Below, in pieces: positions 24,893 to 36,590 of a stretch of DNA of 64,000 nucleotides. Where the stretch lies: NCBI RefSeq assembly GCF_006345805.1, contig NC_042998.1, positions 113,398,001 through 113,462,000 on the forward strand, in the 5' to 3' direction. The stretch is from Octopus sinensis (lineage: Eukaryota). Each line of letters opens with the position of its first letter. Position 1 is the first letter of the stretch. The notes beneath the pieces are model-generated. The model did no database searches and had not been told where the DNA came from. It saw nothing but the letters and a program-made list of their open reading frames with translations. The translations under genes were made by a program, and so were the position numbers.

Positions 24893-27355
24893 ACTTCAGG
24901 AAACCGACAAGCCACCTGGTCACCTACCGATCGGGCCGGCATACTAGCCAAATCGACTACATCCTTGCCAGAAAAAGGGAAAGATGGCTGCTTATAATGC
25001 CAAAACCTTCCCAAGTGAAAATGCACCCCACAACATAGACTGGTAGTTAGTGACTTTAGGATCAGGACTAAGAGGGCGACTAGAAGACGACCAACATGGA
25101 GAAGAAGGGTCTGGAAGCTTAAAGACCCTGCGAATGGACAGAGATTTAGAGATATGTTATTTGAAGCTTTAGACGAAATGGAAGGGAGTATAGCTACGCA
25201 TGGGGTAGAAGACAACTGGACGCTTCTGAGGGACAACCTGCTGAAAGCCGCTGACCAGATCTGTGGCTGGTGCAAAGTCCCCTTAAGACCCAAAATAACG
25301 TGGTGGTGGAACAATATTGTTGACAGGGCTATTAGACAAAAGAAACAGGCTTGGAAGGCCTGGAAGAACGGTGGTAGCAGGGAAGTGTATCAGTCTGCCA
25401 GAAGGGAAGCCAGGAGACAGGTCTATCTAGCCAGAGGGGAAGCAGAGAAGGAAAAATTTGCCAATGTCCTGCGTCGTGAGGATGAAAGACTTGAGGTATT
25501 TCGTGTTGCAAGACAGTGTGTGAGAGAGAATCGTGACGTGGTAGGAGAGAAATGTGTTCGCAAGGAGGACGGTTCACTTGCACTTAATGAGGGTGCAAAG
25601 AGAGACTTGGAGACGCCACTATGATAGGTTGCTGAATGAAGAAAATGAATGGGATAAAGAGAGTCTGCCGAATGTCGACCCAACAGAGGGACCAGCAATC
25701 CGAGTTAACAGTTCCTTAGTAGATAAGGCAATTAGAAGCATGAAAACAGGGAAAGCCCCAGGCCCATCAGGAATTACTGCAGAGATGCTCAAAATATCTG
25801 GTGGTGTCGGCTATAGCTTAGTCACCCGTATAGTTAACCAGGTGATACACGAGGGGGTCATACCCAATGACTGGTGTAGCAGCATAATAGTCAACTGCTA
25901 CAAAGGTAAAGGCGACGCCCTAGAGACAAATAACTACAGGGGCATCAAGCTGCTGGATCAGGTAATGAAGGTTACGGAGAGGGTTGTAGCCGAACTAATT
26001 AGAGAGAGAGTTACCTTAGATGATATGCAGTTTGGGTTCGTGCCAGGGAAAAGTACTACTGATGCTATATTCCTGGTAAGACAGCTGCAGGAGAAATACC
26101 TAGCCAAAGATAAGCCCTTGTACCTGGCTTTTGTTGACTTGGAGAAAGCCTTTGACAGGGTCCCCCGGTCCCTTATCTGGTGGTCAATGAGGAAACTAGG
26201 GATAGAAGAATGGTTGGTGAGAGCTGTGCAAGCCATGTACAGAGACGCTGCTAGTAAGGTGAGGGTGGGCAACGAGTACAGTGAAGAATTCCGGGTAGAG
26301 GTTGGGGTCCACCAAGGTTCAGTCCTCAGTCCCCTCCTATTTATCATAGTCCTCCAGGCAATAACGGAGGAATTCAAGACAGGTTGCCCCTGGGAGCTCC
26401 TCTATGCTGATGACCTTGCTCTAATTGCTGAGTCACTATCAGAACTGGAGGAGAAGTTCCAGGTGTGGAAACAAGGATTAGAATCGAAGGGCCTTAGAAT
26501 CAACCTAGCCAAAACCAAAGTTCTAATAAGTAGGAAGGTAGATCAATCACAAACGCCTTCAGGTAGATGGCCCTGCTCGATCTGTAAAAAAGGTGTAGGT
26601 AGAAACTCTATAAGATGCACCAAGTGTAAGCTATGGACACATAAGAGGTGCAGCAATGTCAAAGGAAGGCTAACTAGGAAAATAGTTTTTGTCTGTGGCA
26701 AATGCTCAGGAGCAATAACACTGGAAATATGCAGAGACCAACTTCTGCCACGTTCCAGGGAGACAAACTAGAAGTAGTTGATAGCTTCCGCTACCTAGGA
26801 GACCAAGTCAGTAGCGGGGGTGGGTGTGCTGAAAGTGTAACTGCTAGAGTAAGAATAGCCTGGGCAAAGTTTAGAGAGCTCTTACCCCTGCTGGTGACAA
26901 AAGGCCTCTCGCTCAGAGTAAAAGGCAGACTGTATGATGCATGTGTACGTACAGCCATGCTACATGGTAGTGAAACATGGGCCGTGACTGCTGAGGATAT
27001 GCGTAAGCTCGCAAGAAATGAAGCCAGTATGCTCCGATGGATGTGTAATGTCAGTGTTCATAATCGTCAGAGTGTAAGTTCCTTGAGAGAAAAGCTGAAC
27101 CTAAGAAGCGTCAGTTGTGGCGTGCAAGAGAGACGGCTGCGCTGGTATGGTCATGTGACAAGAAAGGCTGAAGATAGTTGTGTGCAAAAGTGCTACACCC
27201 TAGCAGTGGAGGGAACCTGTGGAAGAGGTAGACCCAGGAAAACCTGGGACGAGGTGGTGAAGCACGACCTTCGAACTTTAGGTCTCACTAAGGAAATGTC
27301 TAGAGACCGAGACCTATGGAAGTATGCTGTGCATGAGAAGACCCGGCAAGACTAG
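24893..27355 (+). pseudogene. disrupted EN-RT ORF of RTE copy 1
   Basis: Overlapping ORF pieces 24856-25038, 25154-25624, 25554-26771 and 26702-27355 form one polyprotein after frameshifts near 25020, 25610 and 26718. Confidence 0.9.
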
Positions 27356-27359
27356 TCAG

Positions 27360-28880
27360 CCATAACCCGTGGCCCCGACCTGGACGTAGTCAGTCCTGTG
27401 CATACCTTCCTTCTTGTGACACTTATGAAGACCTGTTGAGGCAAGTGAAAATCAAATCAAATCAAAAACAAATCAAAATAGATGAACATCAGTGGAATTG
27501 TATTCTTGTGGTACCAGTGCCGGTGGCACACAAGAAAACCACCCAAACGTGGCCGTAACCAGTACCGCATCGACTGGCCTCCGTGCTGTGGGCACAACAA
27601 ACACCATCCGATCGTGGCCGTTCGCCAGCCTCATCTGGCACCTGTGCCGGTGGCACATAAAGACACCATCCGAAGACCCGGCGACGTAGTCAGTCCACCT
27701 GTGCATACCTTCCCTCTTATGACACTTGTGAAGACCTGTTGAGGCAAGTGTGTGACACTTGTGAAGACCTGTTGAGGCAAGTGAAAATCAAATCAAACCA
27801 AATCAAAATAGATGAATATCAATGGAATTTGTATCTTTGTGGTTCCAGTACCGGTGGCACACAAGAAAACCATCCGAAGTGGCCGTAGCTGGTACCGCAT
27901 CGACTGGCCTCCGTGCTGTGGGCACAACAAACACCATCTGATCGTGGCCGTTCGCCAGCCTCACCTGGCACCTGTGTCGGTGGCACATAAAAACACCATC
28001 CAAAGACCCGGCGACGTAGTCAGTCCACCTGTGCATACCTTCCCTCTTATGACACTTGTGAAGACCTGTTGAGGCAGAGGCAAGTGTGTGACACTTTGTG
28101 AAGACCTGTTGAGGCAGAGGCAAGTGTGTGACACTTGTGGAGACCTGTTGAGGCAAGTGTGTGACACGCGTGACACTTGTGAAGACCTGTTGAGGCAAGT
28201 GAAAATCAAACCAAATCAAAATAGATGAACATCAATGGAATTTGTATCTTTGTGGTTCCAGTACCGGTGGCACACAAGAAAACCATCCGATCGTGGCCGT
28301 TCGCCAGCCACATCTGGCACCTGTGTCGGTGGCACATAAAGACACCATCCGAAGACCCAGCGACGTAGACAGTCCACCTGTGCATACCTTCCTTCTTGTG
28401 ACACTTGTGAAGACCTGTTGAGGCAAGTGACACTTGTGAAGACCTGTTGAGGCAAGTGAAAATCAAATCAAATCAAAACAAATCAAAATAGATGAGCATA
28501 AATGGAATTTGTATCTTTGTGGTACCAGTGCCGGTGGCACACAAGAAAATCATCCGAACGTGGCCGTAGCCAGTACCGCATAGACTGGCCTCCGTGCTTT
28601 GGGGACGTAACAAACACCATCCGATCGTGGCCGTCCGCCAGCCTCATCTGGCACCTGTGTCGTTGGCACATAAAAACCATCCGAGCGTGGCCGTCTGCCA
28701 GCCTCGTCTGGCACCTGCCAGCCTCATCTGGCACCTGTGTCGGTGGCACATAAAAACACCATCCGAGCGTGGCCGTCTGCCAGCCTCGTCTGGCACCTGT
28801 GTCGGTGGCACATAAAAACACCATCCGAGCGTGGCCGTTCGCCAGCTCGTCTGGCACCTGTGTCGGTGGCACATAAAATC
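27360..28880 (+). repeat. higher-order tandem repeat in the RTE copy 1 3' UTR
   Basis: A roughly 250-430 bp unit recurs about 4 times. It is built from GACACTTGTGAAGACCTGTTGAGGCAAGTG, (AAATC)n and about 55-60 bp CCATCCGA..GTGGCCGT..GGCACCTGTGTCGGTGGCACATAAAA subunits. Confidence 0.9.
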
Positions 28881-29529
28881 ACCCACTACACTCTCGGAGT
28901 GGTTGGCGTTAGGAGGGCATCCAGCTGTAGAAACACTGCCAGATCTGACTGGCCTGGTGCAGCCTTCGGGCTCCCCAGACCCCAGTTGAACCGTCCAACC
29001 CATGCTAGCATGGAAAACGACGCTAAATGATGATGATGATGATGATGATGTATAAGAAAAAAATAAAGGTGAGACAGCCAATGGACAAAATATATATAGG
29101 AATAAACCACAGTAGTTGTTTTAGTTCTTATTAAATAGATGAATGAAGCAAGTCAACAAGAGTGGCCATGTGAATGCAAGACCTGCTACAAATACCAGCA
29201 GCATCATCCTCAAATATCACCCAAGTTGTATTTTTATACTAAGTAAAGCTTAGCAGAAGATACAATTTCACACAAGTGTTTTTAATTTACCTACACATCT
29301 GTAAGGGTGTCTCTATACAACTTTGAAAAGCATTAGTAGATTTAAATGAAAGTTAATAGAAGCCGTTACTGAAATGTAGTTATAGGTGACAGAAAGTGTG
29401 TTGAAAATCATGTGTCCTTGGAGTGATCTGGCTGCAAAACCACTTTGGCAAAGTACCTGCTGCCATGATTTCAAGTCAACCCATTGCTTGTAGGTGAAAC
29501 TGTGCATGCAGGAGATCTTAACCTTTTAT

Positions 29530-29910
29530 CTTTTACTTGTTTCACTTGTTGGATTGTCAGCATGCTGGGGCACTGCTTTGAAGGGATTAGTTGAACAAAT
29601 TGACTTCAATACTAATTTTAAGCTTCATACTTATTCTATTCATTTCTTTTGCCAAACTGCTAAGTTACAGGGACATAAATAAATGAACACCAATTGTCAA
29701 GCAGTGGTGGGAGGCAAACACATGGATAGACATACACACATGTGTGTGTATGTGTGTGTGACAAGCTTCTTTCAGTTCCTGTCTACCAAATCCACCATTA
29801 AGGCTTTGGCCAGCCTGAGGCTATAGTAGAAGACACTTGCCCAATGTGCCACATAATGGGACTGAACCTGGAACCATGTTGTTGGGAAGCAAATTTCTTA
29901 GCACAGCTAC
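29530..29910 (-). mobile_element. SINE family B with internal (GT/AT)n tract
   Basis: tRNA-like head (GGTTCCAGGTTCAGTCCC on minus), GGGCAAGTGTCTTCTACTATAG domain and 3' part TGAAACAAGTAAAAG. Confidence 0.8.
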
Positions 29911-30492
29911 ATTGTGTAAAGATTGGTCTTGCCATGCTGATCCTGTTTGAGGATTACATTAAAAGTACTAGCACCAGTAAAATATCAAGCCATTCATATA
30001 TATTATAATACATGATACTTGAAATTCAAAGGCTCAGTCATGTCACACTGAGCTTACATGAAAATTCAATGTCTATGAAATACTCAGCCACCTATGCTAT
30101 TATATAATGCAATACTCATTATGGAAGTCAATGTGAGAGTACATCACCACAGTGCATTGCTAACTTTGATAGAAACAACTTTAAAACAACAAGAAAAGGA
30201 AAGGCTTAATATACAACCAGAACAGCTGTAGGTAATACAATGATCAAAGGGAGGTAAAACTGAATACTAATGAGAGATGGCAACAACACATTTTATACCT
30301 CTATCAACAATAGAGGTATTAGTTTCAAGTTTCCAATGGACCAATGGTCAACTGCAATTCTGATGATGTGAGTAACAAGAGTGTCTCTAACTTAAGCTCA
30401 AGACAAGAAATATTGCACAAGTTACTGTTTCGAAGCATGTTTTGTTTTTTTGTTTCCTAGTGGGTATACACGAAATTATACACATACATATA

Positions 30493-32129
30493 AAGAAAAT
30501 GAATGGGATAAAGAGAGTCTGCCGAACGTTGACCCAACAGAGGGACCAGCTATCAGGGTTGATAGTTCCTTGGTAGTTAAGGCAATTAGAAGCATGAAGA
30601 CAGGGAAAGCCCCAGGCCCATCAGGTATCACTGCAGAGATGCTCAAAATATCTGGTAGTGTCAGCTATAGCCTAGTCACCCGTATAGTTAATCAGGTGAT
30701 ACATGAAGGAGTCATACCCAATGACTGGTGTAGCAGCATAATAGTCAACTGCTACAAAGGTAAAGGTGATGCCCTAGATACAAATAATTACAGAGGTATC
30801 AAGCTGTTGGATCAGGTGATGAAGGTTACAGAGAGGGTCATAAGCCAACTAATTAGAGAGAGAGTTAGTTTAGATGAGATGCAGTTTGGGTTCGTGCCAG
30901 GGAAAAGTACCACTGATGCTATATTCCTGGTAAGGCAGCTGCAGGAGAAATACCTAGCCAAAGGTAAGCCCCTGTACCTGGCTTTTGTTGACATGGAGAA
31001 AGCCTTCGACAGGGTCCCCCGATCCCTCATCTGGTGGTCAATGAGGAAACTAGGAATAGATGAATGGTTAGTGAGAGCTGTGCGAGCCATGTACAGGGAC
31101 GCTGCTAGTAAGGTGAGGGTTGGCAACGAGTACAGTGAAGAATTCCGGGTAGAGGTAGGGGTCCACCAAGGCTCAGTCCTCAGCCCCCTCCTATTTATCA
31201 TAATCCTCCAGGCAATAACGGAGGAATTCAAGACGGGATGCCCCTGGGAGCTCCTCTATGCTGATGACCTTGCTCTAATTGCTGAGTCACTATCAGAACT
31301 GGAGAAGAAGTTTCAGGTGTGGAAGCAAGGTTTAGAATCGAAGGGCCTTAGAGTCAATCTAGCTAAAACCAAAGTCGTAATAAGTAGGAAGGTAGACAAA
31401 TCACAAACGCCTTCAGGTAGATGGCCCTGCTCGATCTGTAGAAAAGGTGTAGGTAGAAACTCTATAAGATGCACCAAGTGTAAGCTATGGACACATAAGA
31501 GGTGCAGCAATGTCATAGGAAGGCTAACTAGGAAGATGGTTTTTGTATGTGGCAGATGCTCGGGAGCATTAACCTCTGAAAATCTGCAGAAAACAACTTC
31601 CGTCACTTTCCAGGGGGAAAAACTAGAAGTAGTTGATAGCTTCCGTTATCTTGGTGACCAAGTCAGTAGTGGGGGTGGGTGTGCTGAAAGTGTAATGGCT
31701 AGAGTAAGAATAGCCTGGGCAAAGTTTAGGGAGCTCTTACCTCTGCTGGTGACTAAAGGCCTCTCGCTCAGAGTAAAAGGCAGACTGTATGATGCATGTG
31801 TACGAACAGCCATGCTACATGGCAGTGAAACATGGGCCGTGACTGCTGAGGACATGCGTAAGCTCGCGAGAAATGAAGCCAGTATGCTCCGATGGATGTG
31901 TAATGTCAGTGTGCATGCTCGACAGAGCGTTAGTACCCTGAGAGAAATGTTGGACCTAAGGAGCATCAGTTGTGGTGTGCAAGAGAGACGATTGCGCTGG
32001 TATGGTCATGTGGCGAGAATGGATGAAGATAGGTGTGTGAAAAAGTGCCAATCCCTAACAGTGGAGGGAACCCGCGGAAGAAGTAGACCTAGGAAAACTT
32101 GGGACGAGGTGGTGAAGCACGACCTTTGA
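30493..32129 (+). pseudogene. RT ORF of RTE copy 2 with a premature stop
   Basis: Frame intact to TGA at 32127-32129, where copy 1 has CGA (CpG transition). The downstream TLGLTEEMTSDRDLWKYAVREKTRQDK* continues in frame. Confidence 0.88.
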
Positions 32130-32802
32130 ACTTTAGGTCTCACTGAGGAAATGACCAGCGACCGAGACCTTTGGAAATATGCTGTGCGTGAAAAGACCAG
32201 ACAGGACAAGTGAGTCCAGCCCACTTATGCATGCCTTTCCTCCCTTGGACACACAAAGACCTGTTGAGGCAAGCGAAGTCGATATCGAACCTCATCTGAC
32301 GACAGGCACCTATGCCTACCCCTCTTTGCTTGTGAAGACCTGTTGGGGCAAGTGAAATCGGAATCAAAATTGAACCAATCCTATGACTGGCACCCGGCAG
32401 ATGCCAGGACCCCTGGACTGGAGATACGTAAAAAGCACTATCCGAAACGTGGCCGATACCAGCGCCACCTTGACTGGCTTCTGTGTCGGTGGCACGTAAA
32501 AAGCACCATCCGAATCGTGGCCGATGCCAGTGCCGCCTCGACTGGCTTCCGTGCAGGTGGCACGTAAAATGCACCAATCCGACCATGGCCGATGCCAGCC
32601 TTGCCTGGCACCAGTGCAGGTGGCACGTAAAAAGCACCCACTACACTCACGGAGTGGTTGGCGTTAGGAAGGGCATCCAGCTGTAGAAACATTGCCAGAT
32701 AAGACCGGAGCCTGGTGCAGCCTTCTGGCTTCCCAGATCCCCGGTCGAACCGTCCAACCCATGCTAGCATGGAGAACAGACGTTAAACGATGATGATGAT
32801 GA
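30493..32802 (+). mobile_element. RTE-clade non-LTR retrotransposon copy 2, 5'-truncated
   Basis: Similarity to copy 1 starts at AAGAAAATGAATGGG. Open RT frame with YADD at 31257-31268, a shorter subrepeated 3' UTR and a (GAT)n tail. No clear TSD. Confidence 0.95.
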
Positions 32803-33573
32803 TATAGGACACAGTCCCATTGTGTGGCACCTTGGGCAAGTGTCTTCTACTATAGCCTTGGGTTGACCAAAGCCTTATGAGTGGATTTGGTAGATGGAAG
32901 CTGAAAGAAGCCCATTGTATGTATATATATATATAAATGCATGTGTATTTGTTCAATGTGTACAAATAACAAGGAAAAAATAAATAGTGCCAAGAATATT
33001 ACAGCCTACTTATAAAGGTAGAAATTCCAGGGTAAAGTGAAATGTTTTTGTATAACATGGATAAATTAAGAAATGGAGTCAAATGCAAGTGTTATTCAAC
33101 TACTTCCAACATATGTTTCGAAAAAAGCATTGAGATTATTCCGGATGGAATAAAAATGATGTAAAACAATGCAATTATCTCGTCAGGGAAAAAAGGAAAC
33201 AAAACACATCAATAGGCCATTTTAACTGAATGTGATTACTGTGTATATGACGTAAGGGGAACGCTAGCAAGTTATTTAAAAAAAAAACTGTTAATTGATT
33301 TAATTGATGTAGTGGTTCGGCAAAAGAAACTGATAGAATAAGTACTAGGCTTATATTGAGCAACCTAACACTATGATGTAAGTCCTGCTCAAAATGCTAC
33401 CTAGTGGGATTGAACCTGGAATGATAGGATTGCAAACCTTATTTAATTCAATAATATCACACACCCCTCATATTTTTGCTGATATAACAACACAGACCCT
33501 ATATTTCAGACAATGGAGAGATGTTTTAGGAATTTCATTTCACTTCTCAGAAGTCTATTAGTCTGATCACTGT

Positions 33574-33642
33574 TAATGCTGTTTGATAGCTGATAATGTT
33601 GTTTGATAGCTGATAATGTTGTTTGATAGCTTATTAATGTTG
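33574..33642 (+). repeat. 20-bp tandem repeat, about 3 copies
   Basis: GTTTGATAGCTGATAATGTT repeated at 33581, 33601 and (degenerate) 33621. Confidence 0.85.
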
Positions 33643-34104
33643 CCTACTAACTATTATTATTTGATAGATATTATTCCTGTTTGATAGCTATTATTTTGTC
33701 TCCCAGGGCAATTTGCTTGTAAAAACTTTCAATACAATGCAGAAGTGAAAGAGTAATGATGAGCAAGTCTTCATAAAAAAAAAAATATACTAGATAGTGA
33801 CAGGAAGAGTGAGAATGAGAGAGAGAGAGGAATAGAGAGAAAGAGTAAAAAAAAAAAAAAAGAAAAAACAAGGAGTGAAATACAGAGGGGAAGAAAGAAA
33901 GAGATATAGAGGGAAATGCTCTGCATATATATGTCAGAAAACTATCCAACATTCCCCAACAAAAACCTAACTTACTCGTTACCAATTATTGAAAATACGA
34001 TAGAAAGTCTAGTAGCTTCAAGTAAACATTCACAATAGAAAGATGAACATCAATACACACACAAATCATTTATATTATATGGAGCATGAGTGCACACACA
34101 CAAA

Positions 34105-34270
34105 ATTATCACCATCATTTACCATCTTTGTTCCATGCTGGTACGGGTTGGATGATTTGACAGCATCTGATGGGTCCCGGGACTGCATCGTGCTCTGTTG
34201 TCTCATTTAGAATGGTTTCTATGGCTAGATGTCTTTTCTAATGCCAACCACTTTACAGCATGTATAGGGT
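34105..34270 (-). mobile_element. RTE-family 3' tail fragment
   Basis: CCATGCTGGTACGGGTTGGATG...GGTTTCTATGGCTAGATGTC..CTAATGCCAACCACTTTACAG. Confidence 0.7.
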
Positions 34271-34854
34271 ACAAGGAAGTCACTACACAGCTTCTAAAAC
34301 TATGAATGTGTCTCCTCTATAAGATTTGTCCTGGTATTTACTCAATTGTCTAAAATACTATACAACAAACTAATAAATATTTTTTATCTAAAATTAACAG
34401 ACATTTAAACATATTATCAAAGAATTATTTTGATAAAATTTAAATATAACAAATATAATAAAACATACTAATACTAATAATAAATATAATAAACAAACCT
34501 TAGTTAGTATAAAGGTGAAAGGTTCAACAAGCAGTGAAATGGCTACACCTAAGAGAAACCATCTGTATCTAACCAACATGCATTTAATGCATAGGATAGT
34601 TCAATCACTGGATTGTGCATAGGAGTCATATCTACACTCCTTATGACCCATTGCTAAGTAACCAAATCAGCTTGCAGACAAGGGCACAAGCTTAGTCTTA
34701 ATCTTTATGTACTCAACTTGAGATATGTGCAGATATCCCTTGGATCAGATTCATATTTTAGACATGTATTTGATGCCTTGCTACACACTGTATGACATTG
34801 ATTCTACCAAAGAATTATGTTAAAAATCTATTTGTCCATGAAAGGCTTACCCAA

Positions 34855-34877
34855 ATATACATACATACACACACACG

Positions 34878-34919
<42 letters not shown>

Positions 34920-34951
34920 TTATATATATACATACACACACACACACCTAT

Positions 34952-34985
<34 letters not shown>

Positions 34986-34995
34986 AACATACATA
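34855..34995 (+). repeat. compound (AC)/(AT) microsatellite
   Basis: direct reading. Confidence 0.9.
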
Positions 34996-35090
34996 TATTC
35001 AAATATGAAGTAGAAGCAGCACTAGTGTAATAAACTTTATCAACCATATACACTTCACATATATGTGGTTGATAATTTTTTCCTCATATA

Positions 35091-35299
35091 TATACTTTAT
35101 TTAAAGCAGCAGCAGAAAATTCAACAAAACCGTTCATCGGACAGTTTTTGCTAGAAAAACTGTCCGATGAACAGCAACGGGAAACTCAGAGTAACAGGTT
35201 TTGTTGAATTTTCTGCTGCTTTAAATAAAGCATATTACTCTACCACTGGTATTTGAGTACTCTTTTTTCCACCTTGTTTCACATTTATGTGTTTACTCC

Positions 35300-35300
<1 letters not shown>
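35091..35300 (+). mobile_element. Penelope-like terminal fragment in foldback configuration, with a hammerhead-like motif
   Basis: Perfect 18-bp inverted repeat (35132-35149 / 35155-35172) nested in a roughly 38-bp inverted repeat (35091-35131 / 35197-35234). The right arm carries CCGATGA-N10-GAAACTCAGAGTA. Confidence 0.5.
35155..35202 (+). ncRNA. degenerate type I hammerhead ribozyme motif
   Basis: Stem I AAAAACTGT/ACAGGTTTT (one mismatch), core CCGATGA (U4C), GAAA, palindromic stem III ACTC-A-GAGT and GUA cleavage triplet; stem II poorly paired. Confidence 0.45.

Positions 35301-35301
<1 letters not shown>

Positions 35302-35363
<62 letters not shown>
35302..35363 (+). repeat. (TA)n microsatellite
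   Basis: direct reading. Confidence 0.9.
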
Positions 35364-35369
35364 CGCCCT

Positions 35370-36000
35370 GGCACTTGCCACCATCTATCTCTCCCTCTTC
35401 CTTTACTCAACCATCGCATTTTTATTTTGACCCCCATGCCCAGCACTTTACCACCATCTCCAACCTGGTGTCTCTCACCTTCTCCTGCACTTCCCTCTGG
35501 TTGGGTAACCATGTATTTCCTTTGTGGCAACACACCTGCTTCTGTTTTCATTCCTGATCTCTCTCTTTCTTTCTCCGGCCAGGTAGCATTATACCTCCTC
35601 TACAGCAAGACACCTGTTACTGACTGTCTCACTATAACCTTTCATCAACCGATACAAAATCCCCTCCTCCAGTACTCCCCTCTCAAAAGAAATATTTTTT
35701 GTCTTGCAAGTACTTGGTGACCCAGTCTGTGCAGGTGTCAAAAGCATGCAGTCCACACTGTAAAGTGGTTGGCATTTGGAAGGGCATCCAGCTGTAAAAA
35801 CCTTGCTTGTGCTTGTGCCACATAAAAAGCACTGAGTCCACTCTGCTGAGTGGTTGGTGCTAGGAAGAACATTCAGCTGTAAAAATCCTGCCAAAACTGT
35901 TAAAGAAGTCTGGTGCAGCCTTCTGTCTGGCTGGCTCTTGTCAAACCATCCCACCCATGCCAGCATGGAAGGTGGATGTTAAACGATGATGATGAGGAGG
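35370..36000 (+). mobile_element. CT-rich body plus RTE-type tail (tail core duplicated)
   Basis: Body module CAAGACACCTG..TTGTCTTGCAAGTACTTGGTGACC, then two GTGGTTGG..AGGGCATCCAGCTGTAAAAA-like cores and a GATGATGATG end. Confidence 0.7.
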
Positions 36001-36555
36001 AGGACGACGATAATATATAAAACATTAAGATAAAAAACTCACAATATACATATGTATACATGTGAATCCAATATGTATCGATAAGATTTCCACAATAATT
36101 TTCTATAAGATATATTGATGTAAAGCAAAATATCTTCCCTTTCACAAAAATCCCTGAAAGCAAGCATAACAGCAGAAATTGGCTGTTAGTGTACTAATGG
36201 ACTAATAGCTGGACTAATATGGTCTTACATAAATATCAATAGGAAAATCCTAATAATCGTAATTGTTTTGTTGAAGAGGGTTTATGATTGTTGAATAATA
36301 TAAAAGATAGTGGCAAAAAATGTATGTGTGTTTATGATTTTCTTTATGACTTAATCATGGGATGACCTTTTACCAGACTTCTAAGACAGGTTAGAGGAAA
36401 GTAGGAATTTGTCCTTAAACTCAAGACCTAACCTGAAGGCTTGCTACAGAGTGGTCTCTGTTAAAAGTACATAAGGGTCAGGTAGAAGTAGTAGTAGTTA
36501 AACCAAGTCATCATTAAGTCTACCAGGCACACAATATATGCATGAATATATTGTA

Positions 36556-36590
<35 letters not shown>

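Larger units (their letters stand above)
24882..29052 (+). mobile_element. RTE-clade non-LTR retrotransposon copy 1, 5'-truncated, three frameshifts
   Basis: APE C-terminus (TYRSGRHTSQIDYIL; HRLVVSDF), RT (YRGIKLL, QFGF, DLEKAFD, QGSVLSPLLF, YADD at 26403-26414, FRYLG), C-terminal GRGRPRKTW, long tandem 3' UTR and (GAT)n tail. Candidate TSD TAAG(A)nTAAA at 24870-24881 and 29053-29067. Confidence 0.95.

Noticed and set aside
25958-26377. 139-aa antisense ORF conserved in both RTE copies (also 30812-31231)
   Set aside because: Shadow frame of the RT; its conservation follows from nucleotide identity of the copies.
27473-29110. Many overlapping Cys/His-rich ORFs (MCHRHRCQ.., RWHIKTPSE..) on both strands
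   Set aside because: They are translations of the GC-rich tandem repeat in the RTE 3' UTR; there is no splice or domain support.
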